From the IMG/VR virus record IMGVR_UViG_3300046331_000099, positions 9,109-73,108 of that record: a stretch of 64,000 nt of DNA. The stretch is one strand, 5' to 3'. A program made the translations under genes and the position numbers. The notes beneath the pieces were generated by a model. That model was not told the origin of the DNA. It did not search any database and worked only from the letters and a program-made list of their open reading frames with translations. The first letter of the stretch is position 1. Every line of letters begins with the position of its first letter. The DNA comes from a virus. Below, piece by piece: positions 23,643 to 33,836 of the stretch.

Positions 23643-24359
23643 TTAAGCAGCCATTTCAAATTTGTAATCATATGCTTCTTCAACGATCTTAGCAGCTTCT
23701 GGAAGGAATGTTGTTCCTTTTGCAGAGATAGCGTATAAGTCTTTGCGCATTTCATTAGCCAATTCAGTGGCACGTGCTTGGGCTTCTGGTGTAGTAACCA
23801 GTTGCTCTAATTTCCACTTACCGATGTTGGAGTGGAATCCTTCGTCACGAGCGATCTTAGCATAACGGTGGCTAATAAAGTCGTCTTCAATAGTCTCAGC
23901 CATTTGATTCCAAACTGCTTCGGCACGACCTTCGGCGATTGTTTGATACAATGCTAGTGCTAGATCGTCAGTTTGTGCTTCGTACTTGTCCAATAGGCTA
24001 GCACCTTTATTCTTAATACGAGTTTCCCAAGATGCGGCTGCTGCTTCTAAGTCCACGGCTTCACCTGTGATGTGCTCAATAACTTCTTTTACCATACGGT
24101 AGTGTTGGGCTTCGTCAAGTGCTTGTTTGCTCAGCAACTGAAGTTCTTCAGTACTGGTGTTTAGTGGCATTTCTGCAATTTTCTTGGAGATTTCAATTAG
24201 GTTCATACGTTCGTTAACCATACGACCAGTAAAGTGGTCTACAAGAGTTTCCTTGCTTGGGTTAGATTCGAAGTATGCCTTTACCTGCATTGCAGATGCT
24301 GTGAATAAAGGTTGATTGGCTGCAGCTAGTTCGCTGACAAATTCTTTTGCGGCTTTCAT
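23643..24359 (-). CDS. ferritin-like di-iron protein (paralog of 21734-22507)
   Basis: NERMN.IE.SKK, LLSKQA.DEA.H, AEGRA, ARDEGFHSNIG shared with the paralog. Confidence 0.8.
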   Translation of the reverse strand: MKAAKEFVSELAAANQPLFTASAMQVKAYFESNPSKETLVDHFTGRMVNERMNLIEISKKIAEMPLNTSTEELQLLSKQALDEAQHYRMVKEVIEHITGEAVDLEAAAASWETRIKNKGASLLDKYEAQTDDLALALYQTIAEGRAEAVWNQMAETIEDDFISHRYAKIARDEGFHSNIGKWKLEQLVTTPEAQARATELANEMRKDLYAISAKGTTFLPEAAKIVEEAYDYKFEMAA

Positions 24360-24423
24360 CTTAAGTTCCTTTTGATTATTGACTGGTTAATCGCTGGGTT
24401 ATTCAACGCTGGGATTTGTATTC

Positions 24424-24431
24424 TATTTATA
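24424..24431 (-). promoter_or_regulatory. T4-type late promoter
   Basis: TATAAATA. Confidence 0.65.
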
Positions 24432-24435
24432 ATTC

Positions 24436-25401
24436 TTAATTCGGCTTGGGTAGGCTTTTAACGTAAGGAAGCCACTGTTTTTGTAGTTCTACCATATCTT
24501 TACGAACACCCTTTGGGCCAACTGATTTTGGGTCTAAGAAGATGTAGTTCTCTTCCATAAACTTCTTGTATTCAGCTGTTTTTAAGGCTGGAATGAAGTT
24601 CTTTTCGTACCAGTTGGCGATCTCTGGTGGGGTATTCGGAGGCAAAGCTACGTTCCAGCAACCATATACATTTAGTCCAGGAACTGAGTCTTTCATTAAT
24701 AGCACTTCAGTAGGGATACCAGCAAGTTTAGTTTCACCTGCAATACCGATTAACTTAACCTTACCTGTAGAGACAAGTGTATTTGCGATAGCGATAGGCA
24801 TAACACCAAACTCAGTGCCAGTTTTACCATCATATTGGGCTACGCTAGTAACTGCAGGCACTGGACCTTTGAAAATAATTGGTTGAACCTTCTCTTTGTT
24901 ACCATTGACATTCTGCATAAAATATTCATATGCTAGGTAATGTGCAGAACCACCAACAGCAAAGTTGATCTCACGTCCAGATGTCACTTCTTTAACAAGT
25001 TCAGGAATACTATTTACATTGCTCTTAGAACTAGCAACAAACGCCATTGGGCTTTTACCGATGTTAGTCACTAGGGTTAGATCTAATGGACTGCGTGTGA
25101 TTAGGTTAGAAAAGTGCACTTCTGAAAATAAGAAGCCACTCACACAAGAAGGAATACCAACAGTATAGCCATCTGGTTTGCTCTCTAGTAATTGCTTGAG
25201 CATGATGTTACCATCTGCTCCAGGTTTATTCTGAAGAACAAAGTTAGCCTTACCTGTATTCTCAATGTAAGATGTGATCAATCGAGCAGTAACCTCACCA
25301 CCAGAACCCGCTGTAGTAGGTAGTAATACCGTGATTGGTTGTTTTGGTTCCCATGCATTGGCTAGTAGGGGGAACAATAGTACTAGTAAAAACTTTTTCA
25401 A
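24436..25401 (-). CDS. Bug/TctC substrate-binding protein
   Basis: Signal peptide; NKPGADGNI, KPDGYT, PPNTP. Confidence 0.88.
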   Translation of the reverse strand: MKKFLLVLLFPLLANAWEPKQPITVLLPTTAGSGGEVTARLITSYIENTGKANFVLQNKPGADGNIMLKQLLESKPDGYTVGIPSCVSGFLFSEVHFSNLITRSPLDLTLVTNIGKSPMAFVASSKSNVNSIPELVKEVTSGREINFAVGGSAHYLAYEYFMQNVNGNKEKVQPIIFKGPVPAVTSVAQYDGKTGTEFGVMPIAIANTLVSTGKVKLIGIAGETKLAGIPTEVLLMKDSVPGLNVYGCWNVALPPNTPPEIANWYEKNFIPALKTAEYKKFMEENYIFLDPKSVGPKGVRKDMVELQKQWLPYVKSLPKPN

Positions 25402-25485
25402 TTTAATTTATTCCTGTGTTATTTGGACAATCATACATTTTTCTTAGGGTATTTATTTCTGAGAAAAATTGTTTAATGCGTTCGA

Positions 25486-26499
25486 TCATAGAAAATCTTT
25501 CATGTATAGTGAAGTTCCGTCGACCAAGTCCATGACCCAATAGTGATCAACGATATGATAATGAGATGTCTGAACTACTTTATTGGCAGCATAGAAATCA
25601 AGCCCACAATCTTTTAGAAACTTCTTCGAAGCCCACTTGTATGTCTTTGGATCTGGTGATAGAAACTTCTCTTCGTATCTACCAATAGACCATTTCTGAA
25701 AGTCTACTGTATCATAAAAGGCAAAGAATCTATCAGCGTTCGGCAGCGCACGTTGGCGGTTGACCTTACCCATCTGCCACTTAGAATTTAGTTCTATGAA
25801 CGACAGATACTCTGGTACAGTTTTGATAGGAGCACCTGGAAAGTTTTCCATCATCAATCCCACCATCTCAACTTGATCTCTATCGAGATAGTCTTCCCAT
25901 GCCATGGTAAACTCGTTTGGCTTTAATGTAAAGTATCTACCGTATAGTTGGTCACCAAGATAACCACTGACAATTATACCATCATCAAAGGTTGGAGTCA
26001 AAAGTGGTAGAGTAATATGACATTCAACATTTCTGGGAACAATATGTTTCTCCATCATATTAGCAGATTCAACAATGGAGCTAACGTTACAGAAAACCTT
26101 TAGTTGTTTTGGATCAGCAACTTCCATCAAAGCAAACAGTGCAGTTGTGCTGTCTAAACCACCAGACCACGAGATATTTATCTTCTTACCAGTAGCAACT
26201 AAACGCTCAGCAGTCTCTAGGCAGATCTGTTTGAATGGTTTGTTGAAAGAAGAATCATACTCAGGCAGTGGTTCGTACTCTGCCATCTTTAGATAGTGTG
26301 GCAGTGTCCTAGTTCTATCTTGGAACATGTCCATATTACCCTGATGGATTCTACCATCACTCATGTCCCACTGTTCAAGATTCAACTTCTGATAGATTGG
26401 TAGAACTTTATCAAAGTGTTCTGACTTGTAATGATCTAGCTTCGGAGATTCAATAATCTTATCAGCCCGCAGTCTGTGTATAATGCAGTTTCGAATCAT
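25486..26499 (-). CDS. PP-loop (N-type) ATP pyrophosphatase, asparagine-synthase-like
   Basis: ISWSGGLDST, SGYLGDQLYG. Confidence 0.75.
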   Translation of the reverse strand: MIRNCIIHRLRADKIIESPKLDHYKSEHFDKVLPIYQKLNLEQWDMSDGRIHQGNMDMFQDRTRTLPHYLKMAEYEPLPEYDSSFNKPFKQICLETAERLVATGKKINISWSGGLDSTTALFALMEVADPKQLKVFCNVSSIVESANMMEKHIVPRNVECHITLPLLTPTFDDGIIVSGYLGDQLYGRYFTLKPNEFTMAWEDYLDRDQVEMVGLMMENFPGAPIKTVPEYLSFIELNSKWQMGKVNRQRALPNADRFFAFYDTVDFQKWSIGRYEEKFLSPDPKTYKWASKKFLKDCGLDFYAANKVVQTSHYHIVDHYWVMDLVDGTSLYMKDFL

Positions 26500-26804
26500 T
26501 CTAATCTCAATCTAACAGGTAGGATGCCTTCACGAATACCCCAATTACCATTATGGTCAGTAACAATGACATAGTCTTTATTCTTAATGAATTTATCTTT
26601 GTTATCTCGAACATATTTTATAACAGATGGTGGAGCAATAATCATAGACTCTGGCACTAATATTTCATAAGCATCAGTGAACTTGGTAAACTCATCTTCA
26701 TTAGAAGAGTCATACCAGAATATTTCTTTTAGAGTTCTTACATTACTGCCAATACATGGGTAGAATGGAATGCTCCATATCCATCCTTTAAGAATCGGTT
26801 CCAT
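26496..26804 (-). CDS. hypothetical protein
   Basis: 102-aa ORF in operon. Confidence 0.6.
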   Translation of the reverse strand: MEPILKGWIWSIPFYPCIGSNVRTLKEIFWYDSSNEDEFTKFTDAYEILVPESMIIAPPSVIKYVRDNKDKFIKNKDYVIVTDHNGNWGIREGILPVRLRLE

Positions 26805-26805
26805 A

Positions 26806-27159
26806 TCATGTTATAAGATGTTGAGCAAGAACCATACAAGAGATCCAAGCCCACAGAGTGTTGAACGCCACAAGAGTTGGCAGCAGCTTCTTATTGCTCG
26901 CCCAAATCAGAGTCACGCTTGTTGCAAGAGTCAAGAAGTACAACCACCAAATCTGGATACCAAAGATAAGTCCAGGGACGATGATAACTGCTTTAGCTGT
27001 CCAACTTGCAAACTCTACTATGTTATAGTCAGTCCAGTATTCTTTCGTGAACCACATCTTGTAACATTCAAGAATCTTGCGCCAGTTGCTATGGAAGTAT
27101 GATATACCAATAAGAACTGACCATACTGCTGTTGCTACTAAGATCTGCTCAAGTGTCAT
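26806..27159 (-). CDS. small multi-pass membrane protein
   Basis: Three to four hydrophobic segments. Confidence 0.7.
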   Translation of the reverse strand: MTLEQILVATAVWSVLIGISYFHSNWRKILECYKMWFTKEYWTDYNIVEFASWTAKAVIIVPGLIFGIQIWWLYFLTLATSVTLIWASNKKLLPTLVAFNTLWAWISCMVLAQHLIT

Positions 27160-28031
27160 TTTGATTCCTCTATTTTCATTCGATACTTCTGTTGTAAATT
27201 TTTGACTGTGGTGACTGACTTAGTATAGAAATGTTCAACCGATTCGCTTGGCACTTTCATACCAGATACCTTGAAGATCTCTTCAGCACCAACTTTTACC
27301 TGAGCATCGTTGAGAATAATAGCGATGGCTTTACGTCGGGTTTCGTCCATTGATTTTGGTGCAACTGTGATGTTGAAAACATAAGGAGCATCAATACCAA
27401 TTTCATTTAGGGTCTTAACATTTGGTGCATTTGGAAGTCGAGTTGGACAAGAAGCAGCGAATGCTTGTAAGTTTGGATTCTTAGTCTTCATCGCTTCATA
27501 TGATTCGTAGCGATCAACAACCATAAAGATTCCATTGTTGCCTGCCATGTTTACTAGAGCATCGTTATTTGATTTGAAGACAATGTACTTGACATTGAAT
27601 TTGTACTTCTCACCAAGAGCCAACGCAGTTAAGTGTGTAGCATTACCGAAACCTACACCACCGACAGTAAGTTCTTTATTGGCATTGATTGGCCCATTGG
27701 TAATAACAGCCCAACAAGCATCACCAAGAGCATGGATAGGAATATAATCAGATTCAACCAACTTACCAGAAGCAATGTTCTCAACAAACGCTGGTGCAAT
27801 GATACCAAGACTATTTGAGTCCATAGATTTTAATGCGATCATCTGATTACCACCTGGACGGAACTCCAACACAAAGGTATAGATCTTCTGCGCTTTGTTA
27901 GCTTCATCGATGATCTTATACATTGCAGGTGTGCCAGAATGTGTTGGGCTATAAGGCGATAAGATCTTGATAGTTTCAGACGCAAAGGCAGAAGTACACA
28001 ACATCATTAGAGCTGCTAGAAATTTCTTCAC
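27156..28031 (-). CDS. divergent Bug/TctC substrate-binding protein
   Basis: Signal peptide; PYSP, FRPGGNQ.IA, RLPNAPNVKTLNEIG. Confidence 0.8.
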   Translation of the reverse strand: MKKFLAALMMLCTSAFASETIKILSPYSPTHSGTPAMYKIIDEANKAQKIYTFVLEFRPGGNQMIALKSMDSNSLGIIAPAFVENIASGKLVESDYIPIHALGDACWAVITNGPINANKELTVGGVGFGNATHLTALALGEKYKFNVKYIVFKSNNDALVNMAGNNGIFMVVDRYESYEAMKTKNPNLQAFAASCPTRLPNAPNVKTLNEIGIDAPYVFNITVAPKSMDETRRKAIAIILNDAQVKVGAEEIFKVSGMKVPSESVEHFYTKSVTTVKNLQQKYRMKIEESK

Positions 28032-28501
28032 ACTTTCTCCGTTTCAATATTACATTTAACTAAAAAATTCAACCCATCTTCATTACGGTATGAGTTGCGA
28101 TAATACACATGCTTGATGCCAGCGCCGTAAATTAACTTAGCGCAGTCCACACAAGGAGCATGAGTAATAAAGATACTAGCACCTTCTCCTGATTCAGAAG
28201 ACTTTGCCAACTTAGAGATAGCGTTGGCTTCTGCGTGGATGACTTCTGGTTTAGTTACCAGTTTATATCTTTTCCAAGTGTCAGCGTCTTTGGGATACTG
28301 CTGTTCATAAACATCACCATCTTCACAGTAGACTTTATCTTCACAGTTGTTATCCCAACCAGCAGGTGTGCCATTATAACCAATAGATGTGATACGGTTA
28401 TCTTTAACAACAACCGCACCTACATGTAGTCGCCTTGAACTTGACAACTGAGCGAATCGCTCGGCTGTGTCCATAAATGCTTCAATCCACTTTTGTTTCA
28501 T
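28028..28501 (-). CDS. cd: dCMP deaminase
   Basis: VGAVVV, GYNG, IHAEANA, PCVDC; start placed at MKQKW. Confidence 0.92.
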   Translation of the reverse strand: MKQKWIEAFMDTAERFAQLSSSRRLHVGAVVVKDNRITSIGYNGTPAGWDNNCEDKVYCEDGDVYEQQYPKDADTWKRYKLVTKPEVIHAEANAISKLAKSSESGEGASIFITHAPCVDCAKLIYGAGIKHVYYRNSYRNEDGLNFLVKCNIETEKV

Positions 28502-29283
28502 TTTCCAAATCCAAATGGACACTTAGGGTCTTCCATAGCATCCATCGTTTCTTTTTCTTTCATCAATTTTTTATATCTAGTATTTCTAGAGCCTGAGCCA
28601 ATTTCTGGAAACGATAATGGTATATTACCTTGTACTCCACACCACTCATCAAATGTAACTAAGTGGGTCTTCCATTCAATATCATTTTCTGTTATTGGTA
28701 TCAAATGCATCATTGGTGTTCCAGCTAAAATAGTAAAGTCTGGAGAATCTTTTCTAACAAACATCTGTAAATTAGTCTGCGTTTGTAGATCATAATATGA
28801 CAGTGCTGGTGGGATAATAAAATTATTGTTAAAATTATTAAGATTATATGTGGCAGGAATAATTAGAACTTTAATACCAGTCTTTTCTTTGATATGCCAG
28901 ATTCCATGGAATTTAACATTAACAAAATCATCAAACATACCTGGAAATTGTAGCCTAGAATGTTCATGAACTTCTTGAGAAGAAACGCCCAATCTAGATT
29001 TTTTCTCTACAATAGCTTTATTGGGTTGACAAATGTAATCATCCCAGAATGGAATTATAGCACCTTGTTTATATAAACCATTGATACCACTACATAATTT
29101 CATAGTAGATGCTGGAACATCATTATTTGTTCTGGGGTCTGTCATAGTGACAGTTGGTGGCATCTGCTTGATGACTTCGGGGTAATACGGCATAGACTTG
29201 CGAATAGGATATATGTCATGAGCAGCACGATCATGCGTAAAGCAGTCAAACACAACTTTCTTTTTCTTAAACCAAAACATCAT
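28498..29283 (-). CDS. hypothetical protein (dUTPase-like beta-clip candidate)
   Basis: TMKLC.G, ILAGTPMMHLIP; AT-rich. Confidence 0.6.
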   Translation of the reverse strand: MMFWFKKKKVVFDCFTHDRAAHDIYPIRKSMPYYPEVIKQMPPTVTMTDPRTNNDVPASTMKLCSGINGLYKQGAIIPFWDDYICQPNKAIVEKKSRLGVSSQEVHEHSRLQFPGMFDDFVNVKFHGIWHIKEKTGIKVLIIPATYNLNNFNNNFIIPPALSYYDLQTQTNLQMFVRKDSPDFTILAGTPMMHLIPITENDIEWKTHLVTFDEWCGVQGNIPLSFPEIGSGSRNTRYKKLMKEKETMDAMEDPKCPFGFGK

Positions 29284-29522
29284 AATTTCATAATCCTATT
29301 GAGCACTTCATTGGCTTCTCTCATTCCATCTTCTTCCATCTCATCGTCAAACAATTCATCCTTGGCCATTTGGATCATAACCAAGACACGCATTGCATCT
29401 TCTCTGGACATAGCGTTGAGCATCATCTCGAATTCATCTGCTTCGAGACTCAGTAAAAAGAGGAGGAATCCTCTGTCTTCATCTTCAAGGTGTTGCACGT
29501 TTCTGTTCGACTGGAGGAGCAA
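29280..29522 (-). CDS. small acidic hypothetical protein
   Basis: ORF in operon; start uncertain. Confidence 0.6.
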   Translation of the reverse strand: MLLQSNRNVQHLEDEDRGFLLFLLSLEADEFEMMLNAMSREDAMRVLVMIQMAKDELFDDEMEEDGMREANEVLNRIMKL

Positions 29523-29910
29523 TAAAACCAGCTTCAGTTACAAGTTTAGCGGTAATCTTCTTATACAACTTGTGTAAGGCTTGATCTTTGATAGCGATAA
29601 GTGCTGTGGCTTCTTCTGGATGCACACCTTCTAGCAAAGAGATGAATAATGATTCACGCTTTAGTGGTGTAAGGTCTGCTCGGCAGAACACATACAAGCG
29701 ACGCATCTCATTAAACAAGTTAGTCGGTGTCATACCCATAGGCTCAGCCGCTGGCTTAAATGGTGGTGTGCCTTCTGGAAGAATCATCTTCTTGGCTGGA
29801 TCGAATGCATACTCGAAGGCTAGCTTTAGTACAGCATCACCCCTATAATTGTTAATAGCTTTTGGATCAGCATTGATCTCATCAAGCATTTGTGTCAGAT
29901 ATTTTCTCAT
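29485..29910 (-). CDS. conserved T4-like phage hypothetical protein
   Basis: LPEGTPPFKP, KRESLFISLLEGVHPEEA; follows rnh. Confidence 0.75.
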   Translation of the reverse strand: MRKYLTQMLDEINADPKAINNYRGDAVLKLAFEYAFDPAKKMILPEGTPPFKPAAEPMGMTPTNLFNEMRRLYVFCRADLTPLKRESLFISLLEGVHPEEATALIAIKDQALHKLYKKITAKLVTEAGFIAPPVEQKRATP

Positions 29911-30803
29911 TAAAAGTCCTCTAGGTCATCCAATAGTAGGCGACACTTATGTGTAATGAGATAGTTCATTATAGACATCTTGTCACCCTTCGGTTTGTTA
30001 TTTAGATAGGTAACGATGACTTCTTCATCAACATCTGGTGGGATGTTATCGAATGCAACCAATACAGAGTTACGTTTCCAGTTACGTTTCTCTTCATCTG
30101 TGCGACAAGCATCGTAACCCAATTCAATAAACTCAGCAAGACGTTTAGCAGAGACTGGTTTCTGACGCTCACCTTTAACAAATACATCATCTTTGGAAAG
30201 AATGTTCGGGATACCATCGCCAGCATCACCCTTAACGATATGCTCAACCATAAAGTCTTGGATATCTTTCTTAGAAGCTGTGATAAACTTCTTGACCATC
30301 GGCGACCACTGATTCACATTTGAGTACAGTTGGAGTTGCTTGAAGTCTTTATCAGATGATAAGATCAAAACCTTCTGTGGTTCTTCAACAAGACCTTCTT
30401 GAACCAGTTGGTTAGATTGAACCCAACGAGTTAAACAAGCGATAACATCATCAGCTTCTGCTCGGTCTACGTGAACAACACGATATGGAAAGTGAGTGGC
30501 AATGTCTTCTCGCAACTCAGTCAACGTATCAAAGATTAGTTTCCAGTCTAGGTCAGATGCATCACGGTTCTTTTTACGAGAGGCTTTGTAGAATTCAAAG
30601 TATTCCTTGCGCCAGTACTTACGACCATCGCAAGCAATAACGATCTCTCCGTACTCTTTACCATACTTGCGTTTATACGACTTGATTGTGGATAAGGTTA
30701 CATGACGAATAAGGTTCTTAACCTCAGACTCAGTACCTTTGAGTTCTCGTTGGAACGTAAGGATAGTGCTTAGGGCAACTTGGCTGTAATCAATTAAAAT
30801 CAT
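29910..30803 (-). CDS. rnh: T4-type RNase H (5'-3' exonuclease)
   Basis: ILIDYSQ, YWRK..F..YKA.R, AEADDVI, SSDKDFKQLQ, KGDAGDGIPN. Confidence 0.92.
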   Translation of the reverse strand: MILIDYSQVALSTILTFQRELKGTESEVKNLIRHVTLSTIKSYKRKYGKEYGEIVIACDGRKYWRKEYFEFYKASRKKNRDASDLDWKLIFDTLTELREDIATHFPYRVVHVDRAEADDVIACLTRWVQSNQLVQEGLVEEPQKVLILSSDKDFKQLQLYSNVNQWSPMVKKFITASKKDIQDFMVEHIVKGDAGDGIPNILSKDDVFVKGERQKPVSAKRLAEFIELGYDACRTDEEKRNWKRNSVLVAFDNIPPDVDEEVIVTYLNNKPKGDKMSIMNYLITHKCRLLLDDLEDF

Positions 30804-31429
30804 AATCTTGGGTCTTTTTTATTTAAGAAATGGGTGATACAAAACCTACCATCTCCTTTGTTGAAATCAAATTTATCGTTAGCTACCACAGGTGTCACAC
30901 CATGCATGGTGCAACTTGGAAAAATAATAGCCCTATTTGGGATAGCTTCTATTGTTGCCTTTTTAGATTCATCTGCAGAGTAAAGAAAGACGTCTCCACC
31001 AGAAAACTTTTTATTATGTTTATTCTTAAATGCATAAACTAGAATAGTAAATATTGATGCATCTTTATGTTTATCATAATGGTCACCATCACCATAGTAA
31101 GACAATAGAGTAGATGGGCTGTCCATATCTCTATAAATTTTATACATGGGGTTTAATTCTATTACTTTTTTATAGAATTCATCTGATGTAAACTTAGAAA
31201 AGTTTATAGTAATAATTTTAGAAGTATTGGTGTTCTCAATAAAGATACCATGATTACTTTTAATAATACGAGAACCATCTTCAGATAATGCACCTGCAGT
31301 TTTGTTTGGTGGCATCAAAGAAGGTATCAGAGATATCTGCTCATCTACAATAGATTTATACTCTTCTTCATAATAAACCCCATCAACAACAATTGCATCT
31401 ATACCTTCTGCAAGATAGTGGAATTCCAT
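30800..31429 (-). CDS. 2OG-Fe(II) prolyl-4-hydroxylase-like oxygenase
   Basis: Y..GDHY.KHKD, FSGGD, NRAIIFPS..MHGV, GRF. Confidence 0.8.
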   Translation of the reverse strand: MEFHYLAEGIDAIVVDGVYYEEEYKSIVDEQISLIPSLMPPNKTAGALSEDGSRIIKSNHGIFIENTNTSKIITINFSKFTSDEFYKKVIELNPMYKIYRDMDSPSTLLSYYGDGDHYDKHKDASIFTILVYAFKNKHNKKFSGGDVFLYSADESKKATIEAIPNRAIIFPSCTMHGVTPVVANDKFDFNKGDGRFCITHFLNKKDPRL

Positions 31430-32535
31430 TAAAATGCTCCAAGCAAGATACACTCTTCATTCACTCGCCCATTTGGCACTGAAGGTTTGGTTGTTAGTTT
31501 CTTAAACGCACCATTGATAGCACGTTTACCCATCGCAAGACCTTTGAAGAATTCTTCTGGCTTGCGCAGTGTCATAGTCTTGGACTCTTTGATATCGAAT
31601 CCGAGGATTGAAGTGCCTTTAACAGACAGAGTACCACCATCAGACTTATACACCGTCACCTTGCGGTACTTAGTATTATACACCCACAGTTCAGTGGCAG
31701 TCAAGATATCCTCTGCCTTACAAGACTTGAGATTAAGTTCAGCAAAGTCACGCATGAATTTCATCTTAGAAACCACTTTAGTTGGAGACACTGCCTTGCG
31801 TTTGCGTGGTGCACGATTAGCCTTAGCAGTCTGTACTTGTTGTTGGCAGTCAGAGATAATACCTTCTACAAATTCAGCAAAGCGTTTTAGTTCTCGCTTA
31901 TTGAGATGGGAGTAACCTTCTACCAATTGTTCATCATTAGCTTCAATCGCTTCTCTAATTTCTTCGGCAGTACGCACAAAGATCTCTCCAATGCGTTTAG
32001 CAATAGGTCCAGCCACTTGATTAGCCAAGAGATAATTCTTTGTCGAAAAGTCAGACTTGCACTTATTGAGAACAAAGTCGTCAATAGCACCTTCAATTTC
32101 ACCAGCAAGATCATGTGCCTTTTCTTCCATGCGGTCTTGAATTGATACTGTCGCCACTGGGACAATAACGGTTTTATCTTCTTTAATCTTTTTAGGTAAT
32201 GCTTCTTTGCGGATGATATGAGTAACCATATTGTCAATGGTCTTCATATGGTCATCGCTCAGTACATTTTCATTTGACACGAGACGACAGAGCACACCAA
32301 GTTGGCGAACATCATAGTCATCTGCTTTATTGATAGCAAGCACTTCTGTTTTCTTGCCGAGTTTTGCGAAGTATTCCAAAGCGAATTTGCGAATCTTCTT
32401 TTCATCTACATTATCACGATACCAAACCAATGCGTTGGTCAGGGAAACATTGTAGTTGTCCTGATCCAACATTGGTTCGTCGATAGTCTTACGCAGGGTT
32501 GCGTGTGCTTTTGCACGTTTTGCGGTAGTCGCCAT
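31429..32535 (-). CDS. conserved T4-like phage hypothetical protein
   Basis: 368 aa; SIQDRM, LVEGYSH, LWVYNTKYRK, TLRKPEE, NGRVNE; own promoter. Confidence 0.75.
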   Translation of the reverse strand: MATTAKRAKAHATLRKTIDEPMLDQDNYNVSLTNALVWYRDNVDEKKIRKFALEYFAKLGKKTEVLAINKADDYDVRQLGVLCRLVSNENVLSDDHMKTIDNMVTHIIRKEALPKKIKEDKTVIVPVATVSIQDRMEEKAHDLAGEIEGAIDDFVLNKCKSDFSTKNYLLANQVAGPIAKRIGEIFVRTAEEIREAIEANDEQLVEGYSHLNKRELKRFAEFVEGIISDCQQQVQTAKANRAPRKRKAVSPTKVVSKMKFMRDFAELNLKSCKAEDILTATELWVYNTKYRKVTVYKSDGGTLSVKGTSILGFDIKESKTMTLRKPEEFFKGLAMGKRAINGAFKKLTTKPSVPNGRVNEECILLGAF

Positions 32536-32562
32536 AGGTTCTTAGCCTCCAATTAATAATAT

Positions 32563-32591
32563 ATTATACCGCAAATCGGGTTAAGTGTCAA
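32563..32591 (-). promoter_or_regulatory. sigma70-type promoter
   Basis: TTGACA-N17-TATAAT. Confidence 0.8.
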
Positions 32592-32848
32592 GCACTTTTT
32601 TGGACCCCTGTAACCTCCTCGTAGAGGGTCTCGAAGTCCTCGTGGTCTTGTTGCTCTTGTGTAAAGTTCTGCTTGTGGTAAGTCTTTGCAATCTTATTGA
32701 TGATTTTCTTTGGGAGTTGGAACTCAGCATTGAGTTCTTTCACGATCTCTCGAATCAAATCACTCTCTGCCTCTTTGCGAGTCATTGAGTTGCTAATCTC
32801 TTGGATAGCGTCTTTGAACTTTTTACGGTCTGCTGGGGATGAAATCAT
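32588..32848 (-). CDS. dsbA: T4 DsbA-like dsDNA-binding protein
   Basis: 86 aa; AIQEISNS...KTYHKQNF..E...FETLYE. Confidence 0.75.
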   Translation of the reverse strand: MISSPADRKKFKDAIQEISNSMTRKEAESDLIREIVKELNAEFQLPKKIINKIAKTYHKQNFTQEQQDHEDFETLYEEVTGVQKSA

Positions 32849-32856
32849 ATATTTCC

Positions 32857-33360
32857 TTAATCACTAGATGAAGAGCCACTATCAGAAGAAGAACTGTCCG
32901 AGTAGCTAGAAGAAGAATCGCTAGAACTGTAGCTTGAATAGCTAGATGAACTAGAAGATTCGTAAGAAGAAGATGGAGTTGGAGTGATAGTTGGTGTATC
33001 GTTATCCCAACGAACTGAACCAGATACAGTATCAGAAGAACTGTTCATTGCATTCTGAAGAATCATCATGGTCAACATATCACTGTTGTCATCAACAGCA
33101 ACAGGACGACGATCTGCATAACGATTTTGATGAGCACGAGTCTCAGTCACTTTAGTTGCAGATACTGGAGTTGTAGACCACTGAGACATCTTAGATCGAC
33201 GTTCAGCACGGGCTTGGCGTAGTCGTTCGTTGTTTTCTTCAATCTCACGCATCACACGTTCATGGCGTTCTTTTTCAAGACGAACACTACGACGATGCGC
33301 CCAGAAGATGCCAGCGCATAGAGCACCAAATGCTAATGCGAATGCAATTTCATATTCCAT
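32857..33360 (-). CDS. membrane-anchored protein with Ser-rich tail
   Basis: N-terminal TM segment; C-terminal S/Y/D low-complexity tract. Confidence 0.7.
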   Translation of the reverse strand: MEYEIAFALAFGALCAGIFWAHRRSVRLEKERHERVMREIEENNERLRQARAERRSKMSQWSTTPVSATKVTETRAHQNRYADRRPVAVDDNSDMLTMMILQNAMNSSSDTVSGSVRWDNDTPTITPTPSSSYESSSSSSYSSYSSSDSSSSYSDSSSSDSGSSSSD

Positions 33361-33362
33361 AA

Positions 33363-33557
33363 TTAAGCCTTGAACTTAAGAGTACTTTCGCCTCGGAAGA
33401 ACATACCCAATACAACCACAGCACACCAAGTATCAAACGACACTGGAATTGCAGCTGCTGGAATCAACATGTTCACTGACCAGATAACAGCCAAGGGGAA
33501 CAAAACCACCACTGCAATAACCAACAACAAAATCAAAATTTTACTCATAATAATCAC
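33363..33557 (-). CDS. small membrane protein
   Basis: Two hydrophobic segments. Confidence 0.65.
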   Translation of the reverse strand: MIIMSKILILLLVIAVVVLFPLAVIWSVNMLIPAAAIPVSFDTWCAVVVLGMFFRGESTLKFKA

Positions 33558-33560
33558 CTT

Positions 33561-33836
33561 TTAGTAAGAAATAACTGAACTCAAACGGAAAGAGCGCCAT
33601 TCGCTTTTTTCCATATCGAAAACTCGGATAGCGGATCCAACAGTGCTGCTAGTTTGCGCCTCTGTTGACTTTGGTCGCTTGTCTGCTGGAATTTTAGACT
33701 CGACAAGGGTGCATCGCATGGTACGCTCTGTACCATCTGCTTTGGTAAACTTGACTGTGGCTTCATTAGTGCGCAATTTTTCAAGAAGATTTTCCTTTAG
33801 AAGATCAAGGTTGGTTTGTTCTAGGCTCATCATCAA
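33561..33836 (-). CDS. SH3-like beta-barrel (WYL-related) protein
   Basis: VKFTKADGTERTMRCTL...VFDMEKSEWRSFR. Confidence 0.8.
   Translation of the reverse strand: MMMSLEQTNLDLLKENLLEKLRTNEATVKFTKADGTERTMRCTLVESKIPADKRPKSTEAQTSSTVGSAIRVFDMEKSEWRSFRLSSVISY

Noticed and set aside
23534-23773. 79-aa ORF bridging the ferritin-like and TctC genes
   Set aside because: It overlaps both genes out of frame and has no RBS or motif support
32857-32990. Low-complexity AGA/GAA-rich stretch as a tandem repeat element
   Set aside because: It simply encodes the Ser-rich tail of the 167-aa protein
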